Assembly: GCA_020137815.1 (NCBI GenBank)
Contig: CM035356.1
Location: 7,874,001 to 7,938,000 of the forward strand
Direction of reading: 5' to 3'
DNA: 64,000 nucleotides
Origin: Hormiphora californensis
Taxonomy: Eukaryota > Animalia > Ctenophora
Position numbers and translations under genes: made by a program. Positions 18,405-62,387 of this stretch are shown piece by piece (positions within the stretch are counted from its first letter, which is position 1; each line of letters opens with the position of its first letter). The notes under the pieces are model-generated. The model ran no database searches, was not told the DNA's origin, and saw only the letters and a list, made by a program, of their open reading frames with translations.

Positions 18405-21103
18405 ATGTCCAAGGGTCGCCATCTTCTCAAATTGATAAGAAAAACAACCGACTGTTGCCCAATGCACAGTCAGTCCTACAATCGGCTTTCCAATGCCCCT
18501 CTGAGGAAAGAGTACGCCATTGAGATGGCCTGCAGGTGAGAATTCAAAGCCATTTTTATTAAATTCAAAGCCCGTATCTGTTTCCTTGATTTATTTGTGT
18601 CCATGATTTGTCCAGTGCCATCCGATACGGTCCCGGTGTAACGGAGGAGGTAGGGATGGATTTGCAGAATATCGGGGCTGAACGGGTTGCTGTGATAACC
18701 GATGGTAACCTGGTAATTTACATGTCGCATGTCGTTTGCAAGATACCTTCTAGATAGGCAGTACTGGCATGAGCTCTTGTACGTTGGGTGCCACTTGCCA
18801 GTGTTTTGACTTTTGCAGCGGGATATTTGTAACTTATTAATTGTTGAAAATTGAACTAGGCTGAACCTTACCTAGCCCTCATTGTATATACCTCTTCTGA
18901 ACAACACGACCTCCCAGGTGAATCTCCCACCAGTACAAAAGGCATTACACGCCCTGGAGAAGGCTGGTGTGCCCTTCGAGGTGTATGACAGAGTCAGAAT
19001 TGAGCCCACTGATACGAGTTTTAAGGAATGTATTGACTTTGTCAGGAAGATCCAGCCTGATGCCATACTAGGTTTGTTATGAGAGACGGTCGAGAAAGGC
19101 AGATACTTGGTAGAGTTATTGGTTGCTCTTCAGTCTTCAGAGTCAACTTCATGCTTATTGTTTACCCTTCTTTCCCCACCAGCTGTTGGAGGTGGGAGTG
19201 TGATTGACACGGCGAAGGCAGCCAACCTTTACACAACCTACCCAGAGGCAGACTTCCTTGATTTTGTTAACCCTCCCATTGGAAAGGGTCTCCCGGTCAC
19301 TAAACACCTCCTTCCTTTATTGGCAGTTCCCACAACGGCCGGGACAGGAAGTGAAACTACCGGGGTGGCTGTGTTCGATTATGAACCCCTCAAAGCTAAG
19401 ACAGGTGAGACGAAATGTAGGATTTGTTGTTAGGCAGACCTCGTATATAATGAGGGTGTGTGCGTTTGTGTTTGGGAGTGATTGTAATTTGAGCTTTGTT
19501 TTCATATCACAGCACAATATACACATACCAGGCATACTACTACCCCTCGTGATACTACAATATAATACTACTCACTAATTACCTGCAGGAATATCTCCTG
19601 ACTCCCCGTGATATAACTAACAACTAATTATCTGCAGGTATTGCTAATCGTGCTATCAGGCCCACGCTAGGGTTGGTTGACCCAGACAACATTATCACAA
19701 TGCCAGCACGGGTAACTGCATACAGTGGGTTTGATGTGCTGTGCCATGCCATTGAGAGTTACACTGCCCTCTCCTACACTGAGAGGGGCCCTGCTCCAGA
19801 GAATCCAAAATTCAGGCCTGCCTATCAGGTTAATATATTCTTCTTTTGACTTTGTTTCTTGAGCTCTCTCTCTCTCTCTCCCTCTTCCCTCCCTCTCTCT
19901 CTTTCCCTCCCTCTTCCCTCCCTCTCTCCCTATCTCTGTCCCACTGCATGCCCCTATAATGCCACCTGTACCAAGAGTGTGTTTGTGTATTGCAGGGAAG
20001 TAATCCGCTGAGTGATGTTTGGTCGAAGCACGCCTGCCATATCGTCAGCAAGTACTTCAAAAGGGCCGTACAAGATCCAGAGGACTATGAGGCGAGGTAA
20101 TGTTATATTACTAATATACTTACTAATATGTATATATAACATTGTATTTATATTCTAATCACCCGATGTATGTTGGGACGGGTAAGAATATTTTTTATTA
20201 TGTTTTTAGATTTCTAATTTCTATACATACTAGGTAATAGCTGTCATCAACATGTTCACATAATTACATCAATATTTTAACAAGCTTGTTTCATTATACC
20301 GTTATGTTTCCTGTTTCTGTGTAGTGTAGACTAAACCAATTTATAACTCGCTACAAACTTGGCAACCACTGCCATATGAAATAATATCAGGCGGCTAATA
20401 AATCGCGTCATAACAACCCACGCCCTGTTTCTCTCTTTGTGTGCTATACACAATCAGAATATTTTTTCAATCAGCCACAAATACATTATAATTGATTTGG
20501 TCGGGTTGTTATAATTAAGTGATTTAACACACTACCCCTCCTAACTGACGCCCCTCCCCCAACCCAGGTGGTTTAACTAATTACTCCCCCAACCCAGGTG
20601 GTTTAACTGACACCCCTCCCCAAACCCAGGTGGTTTAACTAATTACTCCCCCAACCCAGGTGGTTTAACTAATTACCCCTCCCAACCCAGGTGGTATAAC
20701 TGACACCCCTCCCCCCACCCAGGTGGTTTAACTAATTACTCCCCCCACCAGGTGTCAGATGCATTTGGCCAGCTCTATGGCCGGGGTTGGGTTTGGTAAT
20801 GCTGGTGTCCATTTGTGTCACGGTCTATCTTACTCCATTAGCGGTCTCAATAGGAACTACCGATCCCCTGATTATCCTGATGAGGTTTGTACTGTCTGTA
20901 TGCAGGAACCGACCGAAGCAAGTAAACAACCAATCAGAACTCGTTATTTAGGTCACGTGACTGGTTATCAGCCAATCAGGGACCAGTATTTCCTGAATCG
21001 GTCGGTTCCTATCTGTATGTATATTTGTAACTGGTTATCTTACTTTCTACTACTTTCTGTGTTGTATGTATGATGTGTATGTCTGGTGTGTACTGTTTGT
21101 AGC

Positions 21104-21160
<57 letters not shown>

Positions 21161-22265
21161 GCCTTTTAGTACTGTCTGTACGTATGTATGTACTCTCTAT
21201 TGGTATTCTCTGTCTTTTTAGCGGAGGATAGAGAGAGTATTAGTCAAGATAGGGTTCATTCACAATTATTCTTCTAATGGGCTACATTTTATCAGTGACA
21301 GCTCTTTTATATGGTAGCATTATCTCCCATGACATTTGACAACTTCAGATCAAGTTGATTCCCCACGGATTGTCTGTGTGTATCACAGCCCCCGCTGTAT
21401 TCTCTGCTACAGCGGATAGTAGCCCTGAGCGTCACGCCGAAATTGCTGAGATCTTGGGAGGAAAACCTGTCCGGAAAGAAGACGCAGGTCAGTGTTAACA
21501 ATCTGGTTTTCATTTAGTTTCACACAATCATAGACCGTTCAAAAGAGTATAATTATAATAATTGAATCTTCATTAGTTTCGCATTCAATTTGAATTTTAG
21601 ACGGTGTTAGACTGTATTTGTTGCTGCCACTGTAACACAAAACACGGGGAGCCAACTGTGTATTATTAAATGGAGCTGCACGTGTGACGTAGTAGTAAAA
21701 GCTGCCTTGTGTGTGTAATATGATCCCCAGTGTGGTGAGATAGAGGGAGGACATTCGTCCCATCCATATCATACACCCCCCCCTTTTAATTAGACAAACA
21801 CTATTACATGTGGTCCTGATTTAGACAGACTGAGAAAGGTGAGATATAAGCCGAATGTAAAATGCAGCCTGTAGAAGTGAGCAATAACATCAGCTTCACT
21901 TCCGTTTGCAATGACGAACACGATCTTAGAAAAGCAAAAGAACTTTAGTTTTGGGAGATTAGGTAATCACAAGGAACCACTTTGTTTATACACACGACAC
22001 TTGTTCCTGCCCACCCCTCTCCCTAGATACACACATGCTCACCCCCTCCCTCTCCCTAGGTACGGCACTATCTGACGTTCTCCGTGAGTACCTGGACACC
22101 CTGGGAGTACCTGATGGTCTGAATGCCCTGGGATACACCGATGATGATGTCCCGGCCCTGGTGTCTGGTGCTCTCCCCCAGAAACGTGTCCTCTGTATCT
22201 CACCCATTGACACCTCTGCTGAGCCCCTCGCAGAGATCTACTCCAATTCCATGAAGAACTACTAA
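18405..22265 (+). CDS. ADHFE1: Hydroxyacid-oxoacid transhydrogenase, mitochondrial (iron-containing ADH family)
   Basis: [83 protein letters not shown] across GT-AG exons. Confidence 0.95.
20542..20755 (+). repeat. ~31-bp tandem repeat of a 3' splice site (7 units, last one is the real acceptor)
   Basis: TAACT(AATTA/GACAC)C..CCCCCAACCCAG|GTGGTT x6 followed by CCCCCCACCAG|GTGTCAG at 20751. Confidence 0.9.
20903..21011. mobile_element. 109-bp hAT-type MITE
   Basis: TIR CAGGAACCGACCGA / TCGGTCGGTTCCTA; 8-bp TSD TCTGTATG (20895-20902, 21012-21019). Confidence 0.9.
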
Positions 22266-22830
22266 TTGGCAATTAGTTGCGAGTGATCATTGTTATGGCA
22301 ATTTTAATTAGTTGCTAATTAATGACAGTTTACAAGCATTTTTTTGTGGGATTTTTGTGGTTTTTTAATCCATTTTCATCAGGTTTTGTAGCAGTTTTTA
22401 AAATATCAGCAGTTTTTATATATTTCTAGTAACCGTGTTATAGTTTTTGTGTGTATATTTTATTGGCAAAAATTTCATAAAAAATGAGTGCATTCCATTC
22501 TCTGCATTGCATCTAAATTACCTCTTCTCCGATTTCTCTGTTATTTCCCCCAATCCCTCCAAGATTCGTCTAATTCCCTTTCTATTCTACAAACACATAA
22601 TATATAATCCCTTTTTATTTCCTTTCGTCAAGTCAATATATATTTATTTGTCCTCGTTTAAAGTAAGTAGGTACCGAAAGATAACTGAATTAGATCTATA
22701 TGACAGTTAGATACCACTGCACCGTCTCAGAACAATCAGTGGGATAGGTTCTAGCAGGTTGTAATGGCATACAACTATTTGTGCCAGGATCGCTGTCTCT
22801 TTCTTCATCGAAACTATTGGCTTCTCTTCA

Positions 22831-22939
<109 letters not shown>

Positions 22940-23362
22940 TCTCTCTCTCACTCTCTCTCTCTCTCCCTCTTTGTGTTTTCTTTACCTCGTCCTTTGGTCT
23001 CTTGATACAGTGAGACCCGACCAGTTGCAGCAGTAGGCAGCGGCTACTCACAAAGTCTAATTCTCTTCCTCACACCCCCTGGCCGGCTATATCCTTCCAT
23101 CTTTTTCACTACCTTTCTATTTCTCTATCTTCTTTTTCATGGCCGTTAATTCTCTTGGCCTCTATTTGACATTTGTTGCGGTTCTGTAGTTTTCCCCTTG
23201 ATATCTTCTTCTTCTCCTCGATATCTTGAGAGAACTAAATAGTTCATAATCCTATCCCCCTGGATTGTCCCCCCCCCCCATCTCTCACACAACTCCTGGT
23301 TTATAGCAAGGTATTGCAGGGTAGCTGTGTGTTTATGGCAAATGGAAATAATATAGGATATC

Positions 23363-54882
<31,520 letters not shown>

Positions 54883-54998
54883 TACTGTGTGTCGTTATAA
54901 GTAACCAATAATAAGAGTGTGTGTGTGTGTGCGTGTTTGTCAATTGTTATAGTACTTTGTAAGTTGGGTTTTTAGGAAAAACATAATATGAGAGAGAT

Positions 54999-55059
<61 letters not shown>

Positions 55060-55966
55060 CATGTGTAAGACTCTATGTTAGAGCTTGGAGACAGAGCGAG
55101 AAGTTAATTATTAAATGAGAGATTATTGAAGTTTTGTATACCCCTTTGTAGTACCAATCTCTCTATAAACGATTATTATAAACGTCTATGAATAAAGATT
55201 CTATATGTGTGTGAAGTGTGTGAAGTATAATACTGAAGTATTTTTTGACATGACCGAACATTTTGTGCATGTTTTTATCCAAAACGTGCTCTGTGATGAT
55301 TTCAAAAGGCATTGTTCATTATACTGTTTTATTTTGATTTTGTTAAATCAAAACCATCGCTGTTTTTTATTGGAAGATGGAATCGGAGCAGTTGTTTGCC
55401 TGCGAAGCAGGCAAGCCCCGTATGTGAGGGGATCGCCCTACGGGCGCGCGAAAATGGGGGGCGCGACGTGCCCAAAGCAGTTGTTCGACTTAAAATCGCC
55501 GAATACAATGTAACGCGCGGATGAAACAAAACTCGAGGGCGGCGCGGCATCCGTTAGAATTAACGCGCGCTCGGCACAATACAACTGGATTTATCTGATA
55601 TGACAGATTTTGAAATTTTTTCGGTCTCTCTGGCACTTTTAAACTTTTTGGGAGGTCTCTCTAACTCATATGTATCAAAATTTAGAGACACGTGAGCATT
55701 GATATTTTCCCCTCACGTCTCTCTGAACTCGGAAATGTTCAGGTCTGCACCGTGTGGTCAGTTTCAATCAATCACAACGCAGAACAGCTCCAGTGCGAAC
55801 ACGTGACCCGCGTGTTAGCCGTCATAAGGGCTGTTCTGCGCTCTGATTGGTTGGAACTGGTCACGCAGTGCAGACCTGAACACTACCGAGGTTGCTTTTC
55901 CAACGCTGCCGGCTGTCTTTTCTTTAAATAAGTTTTTAACCATTTCCAATTTGCCTAAAAGCGCTA

Positions 55967-57178
55967 ATGGCGGATGTAGAAGTGCAATCGAATGTTATTG
56001 AGGAACCCTTTGACCTAATCAGATTGTCACTTGATGAACGAGTTTATGTGAAAATGAAAAATGGCCGGGAACTGAAAGGAAAACTGTATGCGTATGATCA
56101 GCATTTGAACATGGTGAGATTAGCTCAGTATACCTCCCTATTTCAGACTTATAGTTAGGAACACTATTGGTGCGCGGTCGTGCCCACGGAAGGAGTGCTT
56201 GGATCATCTTGAAACCGGTTTTAAGTTAACTAATGCATATCCAAAAGTGTCTGTAGCTATTTGGGTGATGTTCTGACAATCCAATCACGAGTTATGACCA
56301 AAAAACAGTCAAAAAAGACGTTTTAAAGTGAAAAAAGGAGGACCTGAACACAGCCCTTATATGAAGGGTTGGGGCTATGAAACTTCTTGAGTGGACAGAG
56401 AATCGTCCAAATTTGCAGTGTCAACTTTGGAATAGTTTCTATCTTTTGTAGTTATCTAATTAGAGCCGTCCAAACATGTGAGACGATCTGCAAAACAGGG
56501 TTATTTGGTACTGTTTCCACCCCATATTGCTTGCTCTCACCGCTTGTATGCTTTAATCTGCTCTCTAATTGGGTAAATCTCGTCAAGTGATCACTTCACA
56601 AGCAAAAATACACAGTATTAGAGGCCCCTACAGAATCTTCTCACATGTTTAAACAGCTCTAATTAGATAACTACAAAAGATAGAAACTATTCCAAAGTTG
56701 ACACTGCAAATTTGGACGATTCTCTGTCCACTCAAGAAGTTTCATAGCCCCAACCCTTCATATAAGGGCTGTGTTCAGGTCCTCCTTTTTGTCACTTGTT
56801 TTTTGGTCATAACTCGTGATTGGATTGTCAGAACATCACCCAAATAGCTACAGACACTTTTGGATATGCATTAGTTAACTTAAAACCGGTTTCAAGATGA
56901 TCCAAGCACTCCTTCCGTGGGCACGACCGCGCACCAATAGTGTTCCTAACTATTACCTCGCATACCTACCAAATTCAACTTTAGTTAACTTCGGGGTACA
57001 CTGTATTTCCCTGCTCTTTTAGGTTCTCGGTGATGTGGAAGAGACGATAACGACAGTTGAGATAGATACTGACACATACGAGGAACTGTTCAAATCTACC
57101 AAGCGTGCCATCCAAATGTTGTTTGTCCGAGGGGACGGTGTCATCTTAGTCTCTCCACCCACCCGACCAGGCTATTAG
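55967..57178 (+). CDS. LSM3: U6 snRNA-associated Sm-like protein LSm3, 2 exons (55967-56113, 57023-57178)
   Basis: [34 protein letters not shown]|[25 protein letters not shown]. Confidence 0.97.
56152..56952. mobile_element. Long-TIR non-autonomous element (TAG..CTA termini, 3-bp TSD; Academ-like) filling the LSM3 intron
   Basis: TTA-TAGTTAGGAACACTATTGGTGCGCGG ... CCGCGCACCAATAGTGTTCCTAACTA-TTA; ~315-bp near-perfect arms. Superfamily is inference. Confidence 0.85.
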
Positions 57179-57316
57179 AGATATTTATATGTTGTGTTGT
57201 ATTTTATTCTTGTTTTTATTACTGGATTTACTCACCTTCAAGACACACAATACTAGTCCCGCTGATAAGAAGAGAATGTAGCCTCTAACATAACTCACTG
57301 TTTCCTAGCATTCAGA

Positions 57317-60146
57317 ATGATCGAAGGCAAACAGCTTGACCAGCTAAAGCTGTTCATTAGCGCATGCAAGATGAACCCTGACATTCTACATGAGCCAAAA
57401 CTTGACTTTTTCAAGGAATACCTCATCTCCATGGGAGCTTCGGTACGTATAATACTGATCCAGATCTAGTGTTTACCATAACTTTATTGTTTATCTCTCC
57501 ATCATTTCATAGTTTATCAGTGATAAACTATCACTCCATAACTTCATAATTCTTCATCCCCTTCATCCCCTTCATCCCCCGTTTCCCAGGTGCCAGCTAA
57601 GAAGAGGAAGGAAGAGCCTAAACCTGAACCCAAGATGCCAACACCTGAACCTACCCCTGAACCAATGGAAGAAGAGGAGCCTGAGGAAGTGTCGAGCGAG
57701 GAAGGTAACAAAACATTAGGAAACAAACGCCTTGAGAGTACCTTTCAACATAGGAGACTCTTATCTTTGTGTACATATTGGTAACAAACTCGATGACTGG
57801 GTTAAGAGCGAAAGGAGTTCAAAAAGAGGGGCATCACGAGATAACAGGTTTCTAAAACTTCACCTCCCCTTCCAGAAGAGATAGAGCTAGATAACACGGG
57901 TGTGATATCTGGGGAGGATCTGATGGATCTTCCCATGGGTGACAGTGAAGAAACCCCTAGCGAGGAAGCCGTAGACAAGGCTAACAGCCTCCGGTTAGTA
58001 GATTATAACGATGTGATTTAGATCCTAAAACATAAGGAATGCGATTTAAACATGGGTAATAACACCTTTAATTAATGTAAACACTCGTTGCAGAGGTCAG
58101 GCTATGTGCGCTATGGGAGATGGAAACCTTGACGAAGCTCTGAAGTTGTTTGGAGAGGCTATTGAGTTGAACCCTCACGCTGCCGTCTTGTTCGCTAAGA
58201 GATCTCAACTATTGGTAAGGGAATAGAACCATTAAAATTGAATTAGAGTTGTAGTAATTTATCTACGTTGGTTTCCAAGCTCAGAACAATCAGTACAGTT
58301 TGAATTATTCGGAGCACGGACACAGTGTCATGCGACTCAACAGTGCAGTCTAGTCACGTGATACATGTATTTTTTAGCTGAGAAACAAGAAGCCGAATAA
58401 CGCGGTACGTGACGCAGAGAAAGCCCTGGCTATCAACCCTGATAATGCTCTTGCCCACAAATGCAAGGGAAAGGCATACAGGTACTTTACCCAGTTTACT
58501 TTTGAGTCTTGATCCCGAACATCCCCCTCCCCCGATTTACTCAGTTTACTACACGATCAGCCCAATTAGATCTGCCAATAGGATAGGAGGACTAGATACC
58601 CCATTATTCTGCCACCCTGTAATCTCCCTACTACTTCACCAGGTTGCTTGGAAAATGGGAGGAATCAGCCCTGGCCCTGGCAGCCGGCCAAAAGTGTGAC
58701 TACGATGATGATACCCAGGAACTCCTCAAGACTGTGGTGAAACCTAACGCTGAAAAACTCAGGATGGCTCGACTCAGGAAGGAATCAAAGAACAGGGAGA
58801 AGGATCACAAGGATAAACTAGAGCGAATGTGAGTTGTGTGAAGTGTAAACTAAATTTGAGGTGTGTGAACTAAATGTGAGGTGTGTGAACTAAATGTGAG
58901 GTGTGTGAACTAAATGTGAGGTGTGTGAACTAAATGTGAGGTGTGTGAACTAAATGTGAGGCGTGTGAACTAAATGTGAGGTGTGTGAACTAAATGTGAG
59001 GTGTGTGAACTAAATGTGAGGCGTGTGAACTAAATGTGAGGTGTGTGAACTAAATGTGAGGCGTGTGAACTAAATGTGAGGTGTGTGAACTAAATGTGAG
59101 GTGTGTGAACTAAATGTGAGGTGTGTGAACTAAATGTGAGGTGTGTGAACTAAATGTGAGGCGTGTGAACTAAATGTGAGGTGTGTGAACTAAATGTGAG
59201 GCGTGTAAAAACAATGTGAGGGTTGTCAAGTTCACTTTTCAATGTCTATGCAATTCACAATTTCTCCCGTTTCAGCCGAAAAGCAAAGGAAGCACGACAG
59301 AAGGCACATGACGAGGCCAAGGCACGTGAAGCATCAGGAATGGGTGGAATGGGTGGAATGGGAGGTATGGGTGGCATGGGAGGTATGGGTGGAATGGGTG
59401 GAATGGGAGGTATGCCCGGAGGTATGGATGGTGGTATGCCTGAAGGTATGGATGGAGGTATGCCGGAGGGTATGGCTGGTATCTTCAACGATCCAGAGAT
59501 TGCCATCCTACTCCAAGATCCAGAGGTTATCCAAGCTATGGCAGCCATCCAGCAGAACCCCGCCAATATGATGCAGTATATGAACAATCCTAAAGTGATG
59601 AAGGTGGTCACCAAACTGCAGGGCAAATTCGCTGGAATGGGAGGAGGTATGTCAATTCGTAATAATTAGGAACGATTTTTTTTCTCTCGCCTGATTCGAT
59701 TTTAAGTTTCCTAAAATCATTGATTTTTATAACTTTTTTTTTCAGATGATGGAGGCATGGGAGGAATGGGTGGAATGGGTGGAATGGGAGGTATGGGAGG
59801 CATGGGAGGTATGCCTGGAGGAATGGGAGGCATGCCTGGAGGTATGGGAGGTATGCCCGGAGGTATGGGAGGTATGCCTGGAGGAATGGGAGGCATGCCT
59901 GGAGGATGCTGCAGTGGTGATTCATGTGGTGATTCAGCCCCATCGCAAGGTAAACTTTTAAATTAGAAAGTTTTTTCTAAGAAACCATTCTCGTCCCTCT
60001 ATCCCCGTGACAGTAGAGGGGTCTTGTGTTTAGGGGCCAAAAGAAACAGGAACGTTCATATAAACTAAAACCGTGTATTTTCAGGTACCAATAACAACGC
60101 CAACACTGGTCCCAAGTTCACGCCAACCTGCGATGATGTGGATTAA
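57317..60146 (+). CDS. ST13: Hsc70-interacting protein (HIP): dimerisation domain, TPR, GGM repeats, STI1/DP
   Basis: [42 protein letters not shown] ([19 protein letters not shown]), DYDD, FNDPEI..LQDPEV..NPAN..YMNNPKV; ends DDVD*. Confidence 0.95.
58826..59220 (+). repeat. 20-bp tandem array (~19 copies) reiterating the ST13 donor junction AAT|GTGAG
   Basis: AATGTGAGGTGTGTGAACTA repeated directly after the true donor CGAAT|GTGAGT at 58829. Confidence 0.93.
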
Positions 60147-60721
60147 TGCCCCTCTCCAGAGCCCTCTCATCTTATTAACTTATTTCTATTTTTTCTAGAA
60201 TCTAGAACTTACCCCCTAATTGAACTTTAATTGACTCATGTGAGAAAAGAGAGAATTTTATCGAGATGTCTTGTTGAGCCAGTTTCTGTGTGTGTGGGAA
60301 AGAGAGATCGCAACATTGTAGTAGTTTCTGCATCTACTCATGTTTGCCTGACTGCTCAGAGTTGTGTTGTTGAGTGTTTTTTGTTTTACCGCCCTGATAT
60401 CAGTTTCTCTACTTTGTGTAACGCGCGGTGATGTGCGGGTAGAGGTGACAGCGCACACACCGCCCTCGCACGCGCACTCCCGAACACTCCACACCTAGAA
60501 TTGAGGTGATCTCGAAATTTCCGTGTGTCTGAGTGTATCTGATTTACCCTCTTCTTCCGTTTATCAGATATGCGTCCAAATCAAGATGGCATGATTAGCA
60601 ATGATCCGAAGAGAAGACTACCTTGGGTTCAGTGAATCTGAGAGACTAGAGACCTCTCCCAATGTCAGATAGTTGACCTGGTGCCATGCAGGACCCAGGT
60701 ATAGGGACCAACTTACAAAAG

Positions 60722-61840
60722 GGGGGGGGTGACACGTAACACTTTGTAACACTTTGTAACATGTAACGTGCACAAAAAGTTTTCTGCACATGTTACAAAG
60801 TGTTACATAGTGTTACAAAGTGTTACATAGTGTTACAAAGTGTTACATAGTGTTACAAAGTGTTACATAGTGTTACATAGTGTTACAAAGTGTTACAAAG
60901 TGTTACAAAGTGTTACATAGTGTTACAAAGTGTTACATAGTGTTACAAAGTGTTACATAGTGTTACAAAGTGTTACAAAGTGTCACAAATTGTTACAAAT
61001 TGTTACAAAGTGTTACAAATTGTTACAAATTGTTACAAAGTGTTACAAATTGTTACAAAACACAAGGATTTGTAGCGAAGCAAATTTTCAACGGTTGGTG
61101 AATAAGTAATTTGAACGACTTTGGTGTCTTTCTAGAACACATCTAAAAGTTTTAAATCATTTCTAGGGTTAAAACATACACTTTTTTACAAATTTGCGGA
61201 TGTTTTGAGCCTCCGATGTCATCGACTGTGGAAATCAGGGCTGAAATAGTCCATTTGGTAAAGAAAAATATGAACTTTAGACAACGGTAAAGTTTTTAGA
61301 GTGATATTAGAAGTATTGTGCCTCTCAGAGGCCCCCAATGTGCTGAGTCACCTGTGAGGTGTGACCCAATTGACTTTTTTTCATTGGTAATCGATTCTTT
61401 GTACTTAATAAGATGATATACGACGTTTCTGTTGGAAAAAGAAATAAAATTTTTCCAAAATCAATTTTTTGGTCAAAGATTGAAAATGTGCTTCGCTACA
61501 AATCCTTGTGTTTTTGTAACAATTTGTAACAATTTGTAACACTTTGTGACACTATGTAACACTTTGTGACACTTTGTAACACTATGTAACAATTTGTAAC
61601 ACTTTGTAACACTATGTAACACTTTGTAACACTATGTAACACTTTGTAACACTATGTAACACTTTGTAACACTATGTAACACTTTGTAACACTATGTAAC
61701 ACTTTGTAACACTATGTAACACTTTGTAACACTATGTAACACTTTGTAACACTATGTAACACTTTGTAACATGTAACGTGCACAAAAAGTTTTCTGCACA
61801 TGTTACAAAGTGTTACAAAGTGTTACGTGTCACCCCCCCC
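60722..61840. mobile_element. Foldback-type element: G8/C8 termini, 8-bp TSD, arms made of 10-bp repeats
   Basis: TSD TACAAAAG (60714-60721, 61841-61848); TIR G8-TGACACGTAACACTTTGTAAC; (TGTTACAWAG)n left and (CTWTGTAACA)n right; inner IR CACAAGGATTTGTAGCGAAGCA. Confidence 0.9.
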
Positions 61841-62387
61841 TACAAAAGTACCAGGGTTGTTACTTATTCTATTCAGTTAATAGTGAATAACAAGTTTGTG
61901 TTTTAGAATTTTAAATCCTACTCTGTTTCAGGAACAACAATCTGGAGATAGCTGAATGCTGATGGTCTGATAATCTGGTGCGAGCTGAAAACAGCTGCTG
62001 TTGGTGAGTTTAAAGTTTCAAATAGCCCCCCCCCCCCCCCCCCCCAATGGTCCCCATTTTGCTTTCTTCATCCAAATCTGCTCTGCCTGGAAATACATTT
62101 TATTGGAGAAAGTCGAAAGATAAACGCTGGGATTCTTCCATTCACAAATATAAAAAGACAGATAACTCTACACAATACAAAACTATACATCACATCCCAA
62201 CACCTTTATTAACCTATTCTGATCCTGAGTGGTATCCAACTGTCACCCAGCGTCGTGTGATCCTCAGCAACTCTGATTTAAAACTAAACAGTAAACATTC
62301 ACTCACTATAACAGTGATAAATAGCTGGCTCTGTATATCGGGGGTCTAGGTACAACGCAGTGGCTCCTCTCTTGGTGATCACGGGTT

